From Carcharhinus longimanus (lineage: Eukaryota): a stretch of 64,000 nt of DNA. Numbering within the stretch: position 1 is the first letter of the stretch; every line of letters starts with the position of its first letter. The position numbers and the translations under genes are program-made. This document shows, piece after piece, positions 48,769 through 60,239 of the stretch. The stretch covers positions 11,555,646-11,619,645 of the forward strand of contig JASCQW010000175.1 in assembly GCA_030264375.1 (NCBI GenBank), written 5' to 3'. The notes beneath the pieces were generated by a model. That model searched no databases. It saw nothing but the letters and a program-made list of their open reading frames with translations, and was not told the DNA's origin.

Positions 48769-51359
48769 AATGCAATGGAGGAGGTGATGCTGAGCACAGC
48801 TCCAGCAGGAGGCCTCACTTAATTCACTACCTGCATTGATCGTGGAGGCAGAGACTTGAAACTCTTTTAAAAAATAACTGGATCCGCACCTTAAGCACTT
48901 TAGCATAAGCTTTAGGGCTATAGACCGATTACAGAAAGGTGGAATTAGAAAGAACACCTGGGTGTCCGCAGGTTGGCATGGACAAGATGGGCTGAATGGC
49001 CCCCTTCTACACTTTAAATTTCCTTTGGTTTGATGGCTTAGGGGAGCCGGAGCATGAACAGCAGGATCAGGAGGAGAGAGCCAAAGGAGGTGACTTGCCA
49101 GATCTCTGGTTTATTGTCCGAGATCCTCTAAGTACATTGGTGTGAGAGGCAGTGCAGGGCATGCTGCGTTTGTCCCAAGATCAAGTACAACACAAAGGCC
49201 ACCTTTCTTGGGAGCACCTGTACCATGTGTAGTTGGAGGATTTTCCCTTGACAGTGCCTGCAGCACTCCATTTCTTTGCACCTGAGTCTTTACAGGGTTT
49301 AACAAAGAACAACACATTGGGAATCTGTGCAGCATCTCTTAGTCTGCAACAGATACCACGCATGCTGCCCACAACCTCACTTAATTTCATAAATGGAAAA
49401 TTCCATTCTATCTTATAATCAGATCCAGTAAAAGAGTTGGCAAGAACTGCCACAATGGAATAGATGACATTCATGATTTACTCAAAGGAATGTTGAAAAT
49501 TGGCGCCAGACTTTTCTTTTACTTGTTTGTGGGACGTGGGCGTTGTTGGCTGGGCCAGCATTTATTGCCCACCCATAGTTGCCCTTGAGAAAGTGGTGGT
49601 GAGCTGCCTTCTCGAATCACTGCAGTCCATGTTCTGTGGGTTGACCCACAATGCCGTTAGGGAGGGAATTCCAGGATTTTGACCCAGTAACAGTGAAGGA
49701 ACGGCTGATATATTTCCAAGTCAGGATGGTGAGTGGCTTGGAGGGGAACTTGCAGGTGGTGGTGTTCTGGTGCACCTGGGTTGCCCTCCATAATGACAGA
49801 GGTTGTGGTTTGGAAGGGGCTGTTGAAGGTGAGTTGTTGCAGCATATCTTGTTGATGGTTAACACAGCTGCCACTGTGCAGGGTGTGTGTGTCGAAAATG
49901 ATGGATAAGCTGCCAATCAAGTGGGTTAAATTGTTTAAATGCTTGCTGGCTTTTGGCTTCCACGGTTTTCCCTGGATCCCACCCTGGAATAGATTCTGAC
50001 TTTGGTCGGCAGGTTGGCCTTCTGAATTTATATTTCTGTTGGAGATGTCAGGCAGAATTGGAGAAGCAGACACATCTGGGAGCAGCTGAAGGAGGTTACA
50101 GAGATTGGGACAAGGCGATGGAAGGATTTGAACTGAAGCACAGTTGTGGATCAGTAAGCTGATTGGGGAACGAGACTAGTAGGAGTTAGAATATGAGCAG
50201 CAGAGATTTGGAGGGGGGGAGGGTAGAAGGTGGGAGGTCAGACAGGAGAGCATTGCATAGCTGTGACCAGGTAAAGATAGGGAGGAGGCCTCTGCAGCCA
50301 CTGATTGAAATGAGACCAGATATGAGCATCGAATAGGAGCTGAATCCAGATGGAAAGTTAGAGGGCCCAAGGCATAGATGGTGGGGGGCACCAGTAGTGT
50401 GAGTGTGGGAAGAGGAGCCATCACAAATAGACTGGATTCAGGTGTGGGCCACCCCTTAGCTGAGCTGGGGGCAGATAATGCAGCCAGAGGCTGCAGGCAG
50501 GTCAGCAAAAAAGAAAGACTTGGCCTCCTGTTGATGCAGGATGTCCTAAACATCTGTCTGAAATCCCACCACCCTGACTGGAACACATACCAAATCCCTC
50601 AGCCTGACAACAGCCCAACCCCTCAATGGAACACGTCCTGCCGATCGCAAATATCACCAATCACAGCCTGGTAACTGACCCAAGTGGCCAAGTCCCAGGT
50701 TTCAACAGAAACTCTGGTCAGCCCCAGTTCGCTGAGGCTAGGCCAGGCAAGGTGACACCACGACCCCACATTGTGACTGGGCCATCCAAGTCGGACCATC
50801 ACCCAAACACTGAACTTCTGCCCAGAGAGCTCCATTCCTGCAACAATTCACAACAGATTAGCTGCAACCATTCAATGAATTGTTAACCTCAACATCGACC
50901 AATAATTTTCCCCAGCCATACGAATAAAAGAAGCCACTTAGGCTGAATCAGTTGGATTTTTAGCTACTTAAGGCAGTTAAATTAATCCATTTCAATAGGA
51001 AACTCAGTGTTTTGCCTTTGGGATTTGTTTCAGAATCTATCAACTAGAGACATGTGAACATTCTTTGTTTCTCTTAGTATGAAGCATTGTGTTTTTTTTA
51101 ACCTGTGTGATTTAGATTTATATAAAGCCAAACAAGGGCAGGGGTGAGCTTTTCAATGCAGCCGAAGCAAATGCTGATGCGTGTTAGAATCCTCAGTTTC
51201 TTTGAGAAAAAGCTTGAACCTGCTGGGCAGATGTGGATAAGCAAAACGTCATGACTAATTAGGACCCAAAAGTCTGACCATGTTTAAACAGTTTGGAACT
51301 GGCTGGAAATCCATGTCAACCACAATGGAAGAATTGCATTCGAGAATATATTGCACACT

Positions 51360-51720
51360 TGGTGCTTAATGGGTAAATCACTGTCTTGTGAGGACTCTGG
51401 GGCATAAAGGTCAAAGGTTCTGCATTTAGTCTCCAGTCTGTACAGTGATAAATAATTTCAGCTCAGAGAAGTGGTTTCACTTCCATGTCTTCGGCTTAAT
51501 ATCCTCCGATTAGTAGATATCCTGGTCCTAATTGTTAATTGCCTGCTCGAAAGTACATGACGTTGGATGAGATGCAGATCAGTCTTTGCTGTGCTGCCCC
51601 TTTAAATAGCCTTTCACTGAATTTAGCCAGTAAGCGTTCCTCAGGAGGAATGAGCAGTTGAACAAGATACTAAAGAGCTACTTGTACCCATGGAACTCCG
51701 TCCCACTGAAGGTCAGCTCC
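51360..51720 (+). mobile_element. Old SINE-like repeat (related copies ~1140-1440, 2640-2950, 8560-8850, 23650-23960, 25700-25850, 57480-57730)
   Basis: Recurring degenerate motifs ATGGGTAAAT.CACT, GTCTGT.C.GAGTT and CCTGATTGCTATCCAG across copies. Confidence 0.45.
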
Positions 51721-51789
51721 TTTAAGAAAACCAGTGGAAGTCTGAGAAATATGAGTTATATGTAAAGCAGACTTTTGAACTGACGTTTA

Positions 51790-51796
51790 TACTAAC
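51790..51796 (+). promoter_or_regulatory. Perfect TACTAAC branch-point consensus
   Basis: Exact match; branch A at 51795, 24 nt before the end of the acceptor AG (51819). Confidence 0.8.
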
Positions 51797-51819
51797 AAAC
51801 CCTTTTTCTCTTTCTGCAG

Positions 51820-51873
51820 CAATTTGGTAAAATCATAGATGTAGAAATTATATTTAATGAGCGTGGCTCCAAG
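51820..51873 (+). CDS. RBFOX2: RBFOX2 54-nt RRM exon (QFGKIIDVEIIFNERGSK)
   Basis: TACTAAC branch point (51790-51796), pyrimidine tract, ctgcag|CAA acceptor and AAG|gtaagc donor. Too short for the ORF track; continues the RBFOX RRM in frame. Confidence 0.96.
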
Positions 51874-52926
51874 GTAAGCACATCTTCAAGATTCTACATG
51901 CCAGCAATCATTGCAGTAATTGTTTTTTGTAAGACTGAGGAAGCAGTTTGCTCACTGGCTATTTTAAAACTATTTCCAGTTAACATTTTCCAAAATCAGA
52001 CTTTTTTGCTATTCATTTCAGCGATGCTGTAGCCTAGATGGACAATACTTTTCAGCATCTATCTGACCTCTTTGCCAGCCTATATTTTGTAGCACTTCCT
52101 GGTAGCTGCTTTTTATGATGTATCCATGTAATTTTTATTGACTCTTCATTTACTCATGTCTTTTAATCGTTCACTTCACTGAACCTTTAACTAAATCAGA
52201 ACCCAGAATAATAGCCATTTGTCAAGCCTTCCGTCTGGTTGATTTTACATACTAATTAGCTGTATCTGTAGTCCAGACTCATTTTGCTTGCATGCTAGCA
52301 CTTGATGCTAGGAATCAGTCTTCTATTCCTAAACCTGCCTGCTTTTTCAGTTGAATAAATTTCTGGCTGATGGTCACTGAAGTTGGAAAATGTTGCTGGT
52401 CTAGAATTGGTTTTTAATCACAGGGACAATTTGGTATCAAAGACTAAATTTGTTTGAAAGCCATTTATAGATTTTTTTCAGCTGGGCTATTCCAGTGATA
52501 TTCATTTCCTCAAGGATATCACTGTGGAAATCATTTTATTCATCTCTCCTCCTCCTCCCTGCTTGTTTTTAAATTATACACTGGTCCAGTGTCAAGCTGC
52601 AAACGTTTGTTTAACTCTGCAACAAATTTTAAAAAGAAATTTCCAAGGCATTTTCTTTTCATTTATTGTTCCATAGATTGCTGGCAATTCTTTAAATCAC
52701 AGCTGCTAGTTAAAACCATTTGTGCAGCATTGTAGTTCGGAAGGAGGAAAAGGTATGATCATCGAGAAAAAACATGGCCATTGCCACATAAGCAATGTTC
52801 CCTCAAAATGTTCTTTATTAAACATGGCCATTACACACAACTATTCAATTCTTTAGGCAGCACAGGTGCAGCTTAGTGTGTTCTATGGGAAATTCAACTA
52901 TTCAGCTGCCCTTATGTAATTCGAGT

Positions 52927-52988
52927 ATAAACTAATACTTATTAGTATTAGTTTATTAGTATTAGTTTATTAGTATTAGTTTATTAGT
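52927..52988. repeat. 14-bp tandem repeat (TTATTAGTATTAGT x3.5) with an inverted leading copy
   Basis: Units start at 52939, 52953, 52967 and 52981; 52927-52939 is the reverse complement of 52944-52956. Confidence 0.85.
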
Positions 52989-53146
52989 GATACTTATTAC
53001 TTATTGGCGGGGAGAGAGAGTCAAGAAAACAAAGCTGAGGTTTCTTCTAGTTCTCTTCCCCTCTTTTCTCCCAGTTTAAAAAAGAAAATAATTAACCTTG
53101 TGCCTTTGTAAAGAGAACAAGATGCTGCAGATTTCTCACATTTACG

Positions 53147-53489
53147 GATTCAGAATACTGGCAGAAGTACATAAGCAACTGCAGATGCACCAGATCACAT
53201 ACTCAGTCGTCACATCAGTAACCTTGCATCTCTGCTTATGGATCTTCACTGGTGTTGAGGGAAATTCTACACCAGCCAGCAATGTGATAACCAGCTCAAC
53301 ATAGGGCTGAGAACACCAAAGACAGGTCTGGGAATCAATGTTGAGCTGGTTATCACGTTGCTGGCTGGTGTGGAATTTCCCTTGACACCAAGAAAGATCC
53401 ATGAGCAGAAACACAAGGTTACTGAGGTGACAACTGGGTATGTGATCTGATGCATTTGTAATTATGAGTTTCTGCCAATACTCTGAATC
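53147..53489. repeat. Long inverted repeat/foldback (arms 53147-53302 and 53338-53489, 35-nt loop)
   Basis: Hand alignment gives ~23 mismatches and one 4-nt indel over 156 nt; the inner 45 bp has 2 mismatches. The ORF track shows near-identical peptides on opposite strands. Confidence 0.92.
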
Positions 53490-55818
53490 TACCCAATTCC
53501 TAGACCTGTCTTTGCTGTTCTCAGCCCCATTGAATCCAGTGTAGAATAGGTTCATGTAAGTGATTCAAAGAGCCATTTCTTGAATTGGCAGTCACTAAAA
53601 TACTGCAGATGCAGGGAATCTATAAAACAAAAGCAGAATAATATGGAAATAGTCGTCAAACCAGGCAGTATCTGCATGTCAGTCGATGGTCTGATGACCT
53701 GAAATGTCAACATGACTGGGTTTCTGTGTTGGCATTTGCTGCTTTTGCTGAAAGCTCATCAGAAGCTGATTCAGAATCAGTGATTCCGGTCTTCTGTACT
53801 GAATCAGGTCTCCCATTTCTGCATCAGACTGTAAGAGAGTAGTAGAAAGGATGAAACTAGCAATAAACAGGGAAATTGGGCATGGAGTCAATTATCTGCA
53901 GATAAAAGGTAAATGTAATTTAAACCAGTGGCAAACATTCTGACTCCTTTATCTAGTGATTAACAACCTGTTAATGACTTCTTGCTTGGCATTAAAAAAG
54001 TTTAAGAACTTCCAATTTAAAACTTTTCCTAAATGGGTAAGTTTTGTGCTTTTACATTGAAGAAATGGTTCTGATAGCAGTAATTGTCACCCTCAGTAGC
54101 ATTCTGTAATCTAATTATAAATACCCAACATCATTGTGAATCCATCAATTGACCATTATGTGTCCACTTAAAAATAATTACACCAGCAGAGCCAGCACAA
54201 CCTTTTCAGTTTAGAAATCGCATGTCTCCATCAGGCATCATTTAAGGGCATCAGTATGAAGGATAGCAGATTCCCAGATTTTCTTATTACAATGCGATGG
54301 TCTAGTCAGAAACAGTAACCTTGAAAAAAGCTGCTTACAAAGATTTAGCGATCTCTGTGGGGTGAATTTCAACCATCCCACATTAATTTCAATCTGGCAC
54401 CAAGTCAAGGGGACCGGCAGGAATCCAGCAATGATGGTATCATCAAATTGTGTCAGCAGCCATTCACATTGAAGAATTCTCTCACACATCAGGAAGTAAA
54501 ATGCACCAATTATCTTCAATTTTTAAATAAATTGCACAGAGCAAATTAGAGATTGGGATATACATATTAGTAGCTGAAATATAAAACTTTTAAAGTATTT
54601 GTTTAAAAATGGTGGAAAAATTTGACGTGATATAAAGATTGTTTTATATAGGGCCAGAGCTATTTGTCAGCAGCTTAGCACTTTGTGCAAACTCCAGTTA
54701 ATGAGGTATAACTTTTTTAGCAGCTTTTAGAAATGATTTAATAGCGTAAAAGGGAAGGTCTTCTCAATTTCGTGATTTCTAATTGATTGCTGTATGTGAG
54801 GACTTGAGGCAGCAGAAGATCACTAACACTAAATTCTGAATTTCTGCTTTTAATGTGTGCCTGTGCAGACACCAGAAGTTGCTGTTGGTTCCACTGTGTA
54901 ATGATAGGAAACACTTCACAGTTTTGCTCTCATTAAAACTTCAAAGTCTAGGTCACTAGTGCCTTGAACTAGCATACACGTGGATTGGCTTAAGATACCA
55001 CATCTGATCACTGCCAGACAACGCCAATAGAAAGTAGGTGTGTAGACATTGAGTGAAATAGGATTGGACTTGACTGTGATGTATCTTATGCTCATTAGTT
55101 TGTTGGTGCCTACTAACTGGGCAAGATACTCTAAACTGTGACCAGCACGTGTAGAACAGCATGACAACAAAACTAGCAAATTCACAAAAGGAAAAATGAA
55201 TAGTTAGACAATTGTCATTAGAAGAATTTTTAATATATTTGGGAGTTGGACATTTCTTTTTAATATTTTTGTCATCTATTGCAGCTTTAATGAACCTTGC
55301 AACTTTGCTTTTAGAAGGAAGAGAGAGATGACTACTTATAGTTTTACATTCTGTGATATGACAAATTATGATTTATAAGTAATGTTTGTATATATTGCTG
55401 CTTTTTAGAATAAGTTTTTAAAGAGAAGGTTTTCCATTCTGTTGTCCTGTACAGTAAATTTTTAAAAATTAAAAGACAAGTTCGCTGCTGAGTTGTGCTG
55501 TGGAGTTCTGGGTAGGTGCTAATAATAATTAAGGTGCTGGAGCCCTGATCTACCTTTTCCCACCCAGCCATCAGGAATCATTCTTGTAGACCTTCTGATG
55601 TTGGGCTCAAGCGGCTTGATATTGATTTCATACTTACCTTCTACCTGAACAAGTGGTGAATTATGTGAACTGATGTTGCAAAATTTGGACTGTGAGTTTT
55701 AATGAATAGGAAAAGTTCTTCCTCTTACTAATGCTTTTGGGGAGCTTCTTTTCTCCTCAGCATCTCTGATTTGCATGCAGGACAGGTTATAGATATTGCT
55801 GAGCTGCCCCATTCACTG

Positions 55819-56027
55819 CAGTCCAAAGATGTGTAGGTTAGGTGGATTGGCCATTGCTAAATTGCCCCTTAATGTCCAAAGATGTGCAGGTTAGGGGGAT
55901 TAGACATGGTAAGTGTGTGGGAGTTATGGGGCTAGGGCAGGGGGAGTGGGCCTGGGTGAGATGCTCTTTGAGAGTCGATGCAGACTCACTGGGTCGAATG
56001 ACCTCCTTCACTGTAGGGATTCTATGG
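55819..56027 (+). mobile_element. 5'-truncated HE1-like SINE (no tRNA head)
   Basis: Body and CR1-type tail CACTGTAGGGATTCTATG. Confidence 0.75.
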
Positions 56028-56129
56028 AACAGCCTGTAGTCTGAGCCAGCCTGAGAACCAGTTGAATCAAAGCAATCTTCAGAAATAACAATTTTGCAGA
56101 TCTTTGAGTCAGGGAGGAGACTTAAAGTA

Positions 56130-56450
56130 GCTAAACTTGGGATGAAAAATCACAGATGAACCATACTCGTTTGACACTCATTTGACAAAGTCCCTCATGG
56201 TAGGTTGTTTGAAAAGGTTNNNNNNNNNNNNNNNNNNNNNNNNNNNNNNNNNNNNNNNNNNNNNNNNNNNNNNNNNNNNNNNNNNNNNNNNNNNNNNNNN
56301 NNNNNNNNNNNNNNNNNNNGTTTCCAATGGGGGTACCATAAGCATAGACATGGGTCAAGGGTGGAGGAGGAAAAACACATTGTTAAGATAGCGGCGAGGA
56401 CTCGTTGGGCCAAAGGGCCTGTTTCCCATGCTGTGTTGTTCTTTGTTCTT
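56130..56450 (+). mobile_element. CR1 fragments either side of an N-gap
   Basis: TTTGACAAAGTCCCTCAT (FDKVPH) and tail GGGCCAAAGGGCCTGTTTCC. Confidence 0.65.
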
Positions 56451-57969
56451 TATACTCCCTATGGACATTCATATCTCTTTCGGATTTTGTACCAATCACC
56501 GAGACCTCCCTGATTTTAAACAACTGTACAGGTCAACAAAATGGGATACAGTCTCTTTAAACAAAACTGATTAGAAATATATTGGAAAGTTTAATTTTTA
56601 CTGTTTCTGGTGGGTGGGAGAGTAGTACAAGCATTGATGAAGTCAGAATGTGATTTGATTGGTTATGTTTGTTTTTCCAGAAATACAGGGGACCAATCGC
56701 CACACAGTATTGTGATGTTTTATATGATTAACTGTCTCACTAAAACCACTTCATGCTAAAAAGGGTTAGGAAAAACATGTTCTTTTAATTCCTTTCCTTT
56801 TGATTTTATGACTAATGAAGCAACATTTTTAATGCTGAGATATAAACATTTCTGGTGACAGATGTGTCCCGGTTCCCCTCATCCCCACACCTTTTGCTTT
56901 TAATCTTGAATTTCACAGCTGTCTTTGCATAGTTGCTATTCTGTACAATGGGTCCTCGGAGTCGACCACAGATGTCCAGCTCACGGAGACACACTATGCA
57001 TTGGTGTGCTTGCTCTTTATGGTATCTGTGAGACCATTGCTAACCATGTTGAAACTGCTCTGATTGGGAGAAATCAAACTGAGTTGATGATTAGGAGTGG
57101 CTTGCAAGAATGTCCACGGATCCTCAGTCTGGGTACAACCATTGCTAGAATGGGTGCCAAAGTTACTTTTAAGCTAAATGGTAGTCAGGAATTAATATTC
57201 ATCCTACTCCTGAATTTACTTTTCTGGTAATTTTATTTTGCCCTTCTATTGAAGCTACTGAGTACCTTCCAGAGTAGCGGTTGCAAGGACACCTTTCAGT
57301 ACCTCATTCTAAACACTTATTTAAGCCTAGGCAACAAATATTGAAACACTATTTGACTCAAGCCCTCAAACCATCATCTGGTTTGATAATGCTTAAATTT
57401 TAAGTTTCTGTTGTGAAGCTCATTAATTTATCAAAACTCAACCAGTGGTTTTTATTGATTTCAGATAAAGGCATTGGTGTAATTCAAAAAGAACTCATGC
57501 CCATGTCAGAAGTGTGCTGAGTTAGTTGGTATCAGCAGGGAAGTAACATCAGTGTCCCATATCCCAACATTCCAACTCCTAATTGCTATCCAGTGTTCAT
57601 ATTATGCGTATCTGGTGAGGACAGCATCAGTTTTGACTGCAGTGCTTTTCAGATCAAATAATCTGCTAAAACCAAAAGATTAGTCATTTGCCCAAGATTG
57701 GCAGAAGGCAGCCCAGTGCCCAAGGTAGATGTTCAAGTGATCAACATTGCTGTAGACAAGAAATTTGGAGAGGGGCAAGTAACTTGAAATCAAACCTAGC
57801 ATATCAATGATCAAATATTTCACAATAATTCTTCTGCATTAATATGTTGAGGAAGAACTTGCACAATTGGAAATTTCTGGAAATGCAGGACAGTTGACAA
57901 AGAAAACTCAAATGAGAGAAATCTTTAACCTATTTTTTATCCAATCTATTGGTAGTTCAGAACTTGGAT

Positions 57970-58780
57970 GTTGCTGAAAAGAGAGAGATGTTGCCAAAGC
58001 TTTTTGTCTTGCACTCATCAGGAAAAATGATTAGCCAATCAATGGGACGTATGGCCTACCTACCTGGCATCGTAAGATTAGCTCAGAGCCTGCAGCAGAG
58101 GTATCCTGGCTATCCCGATCAGATCATTGTTCACTGTGCATTGCACAAACTCTCAAATTGACTAAATGCTTCCACTTTTGGACCTCAAATTATCCTGGAA
58201 AGGCAAAGTTCCTCAAACGTTTTAACAGATTATAAGCAAGTTGTTTCATGCTGCCACTATGTAGTAGCATTGCACGTGTTTTCCACTAACAAGATGCTGC
58301 CGTCAGTCCAGGTATGCTTTCTGCCTACCACACAATTGAACAACTTCCTGTATGAATTTCAGTGCCCGTGTATACCTCCAGATTGTAGTCAACTCTTCCA
58401 CACTTGCAAAACACGAAAACTATCTGCTGTTGGATGTGACTTTGCAATTGGGCAGCACTTGCTGAGCAATCCTAGGTGTGCTAATAGCCGCACTAACAAC
58501 CAATTCAGGATAATCAGTCCAGCTCACATCTTGGCTCATTTCCACTCGTTAGAAGTGACCTATGATCATTCACAAGGACCCATTCTCTGCAAACAAAAAG
58601 AATACATTCAAGCCTTGCAACTTACCCAGGAGCTTTCGCCATGCCTGGCCAATCAGAGACTTGCTCACAAATCAGCACCCTTGTCTCCTGTTGTGATCAT
58701 TTCAAATTGGGCATTCTTGTGTTTGTCCTGATGAGTTCAAGAAGTAAATTTTCAGAAGCCTGTATTTCTTTTCAGCAATG
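57970..58780 (+). mobile_element. 5'-truncated Penelope-like element (RT thumb and GIY-YIG remnant) between inverted terminal repeats
   Basis: GYPDQII motif near 58105. ORF 58270-58731 has YEFQCPC...AIGQHLL...LEVTY...PILCKQK. CTGATGA-bearing repeats lie at 57970-58023 (-) and 58726-58780 (+). Confidence 0.75.
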
Positions 58781-60239
58781 ATTTTTAGCCAATATATTAG
58801 GTTTTATGTAACCCTCATGAGCATAAATGTAAGTTAGCTATAAAATATAGAAAACTAATTAATTCAACCCTGGATTTTACAATTCTTTGCTCTTTTGATC
58901 GGAGGAGTCTGTTTTATTCAAGTGAATGGGGGTACCTTGTATATGGTTGTCTTTGCTCCAGGGTATTGGTGCTTGGCTTTCTCTGGCCCACAGCCCTGGA
59001 GATCAGTTGGAGCCTAGGGATTCTAAATTGAATCATGCTTTGCATAGGTAACTAGTCCCTAGCAGATTCCAGAAAATGGTCTGTAGTTAGTGGAGTAAAA
59101 ACGTATTGGCCTCATCTGTGGGGTCTGAGGTCAGTGGAACTGATTCTTGCAAACAGCTTCAAGTCATTTACAGATGATGAATAAGGTTGTAGATGAAAAT
59201 CCTCTAACGCAGCATGAAAACAACTACCCTCGACCAATCACTTCAAGCATGATTGTTTTTTGCTGCTGAAACTGTGTTTATTATGTGCACTGTGGTATAT
59301 TGGGGATATAGTGCATGTATTCTTATGGGTTAAATTGTGTTTTCTGTCTATGAACACATATAGGAGTATCGCCTTTTTTTTGATTTCTCGTTTTTATATT
59401 TGTATCTAGTAACATTTATTTATCATTCTTCTGCAGGGGTTGTTGATCTACTTTTTGACACTGCTCATCTGTTGCTTGTATTTATTGCAGTTCTGGGGCC
59501 AGATTAAAACGACAAGTTACTTGGGCTACTTCTTTTGCACCTTTCAACAATTATCTACTAATAACTTGCCATCGCTTAACGTTAAACACCTTTGTATAGA
59601 CCCCAAATCTAAAGAATAAAATTCATGTACATTAAATCATTAACTAGTTGCTAATGAAATGGAATAGGCTTCAGTGTCCATCATGCCCAAAGCTGTCTAA
59701 GTCAACCTCTGTGTGTAGTAAATTGAGAGGTAGTGATTTTGAGAATAGTTAGAGCAAGATTAAATTCCTGCCACTTGCTCAAAATGGAGTTCTTTAACAG
59801 CTCTTGATGCGGGCGGTGGGTGGGGGCATGCCTCCTGTTTGATTTCCAGAGTGAGAGTGAATTTTTCACTGTCTTTATGTCCCCGGTACATATGAAGATG
59901 AACCAATGTTTTAGACATTTTGAATCTTTGTCTTATTCTTTCAAGTCCCAGCGATTTGTCCTCTGGTTTTCTTCTTCCCTCTGCATAGATATATATTTAT
60001 GATTATTCCATATTACAACAAAAATTATATTTAAAGAAAGAAAGAACTTAATGTTATGTAGTGTCTTTTCCAACCTTAGGGCATCTCAAAAGCATTAAAC
60101 AGCCAAAGAACTCCTGTCAGTTTATGCACAGCAAGGTCACATAAATGGCATTGAGATCAATGATCAGTGAATCACTCTTGGCTGTATTGGTTGAGGGATT
60201 TTTGTAGCCCAGAGCATCAGGACAACTTCCCTTTTTACT

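Noticed and set aside
52939-52988. CRISPR-like array
   Set aside because: Head-to-tail units with no spacers, in vertebrate intronic DNA.
53098-53555. Paired ORFs on opposite strands as a gene duplication
   Set aside because: A by-product of the DNA inverted repeat; no protein motif.
59430-59500. Next RBFOX2 exon after ttcttctgcag|GGG
   Set aside because: Acceptor-like, but it translates GLLIYF, not GFGFVTF. The 93-nt RRM exon was not found and lies beyond the window or in a gap.
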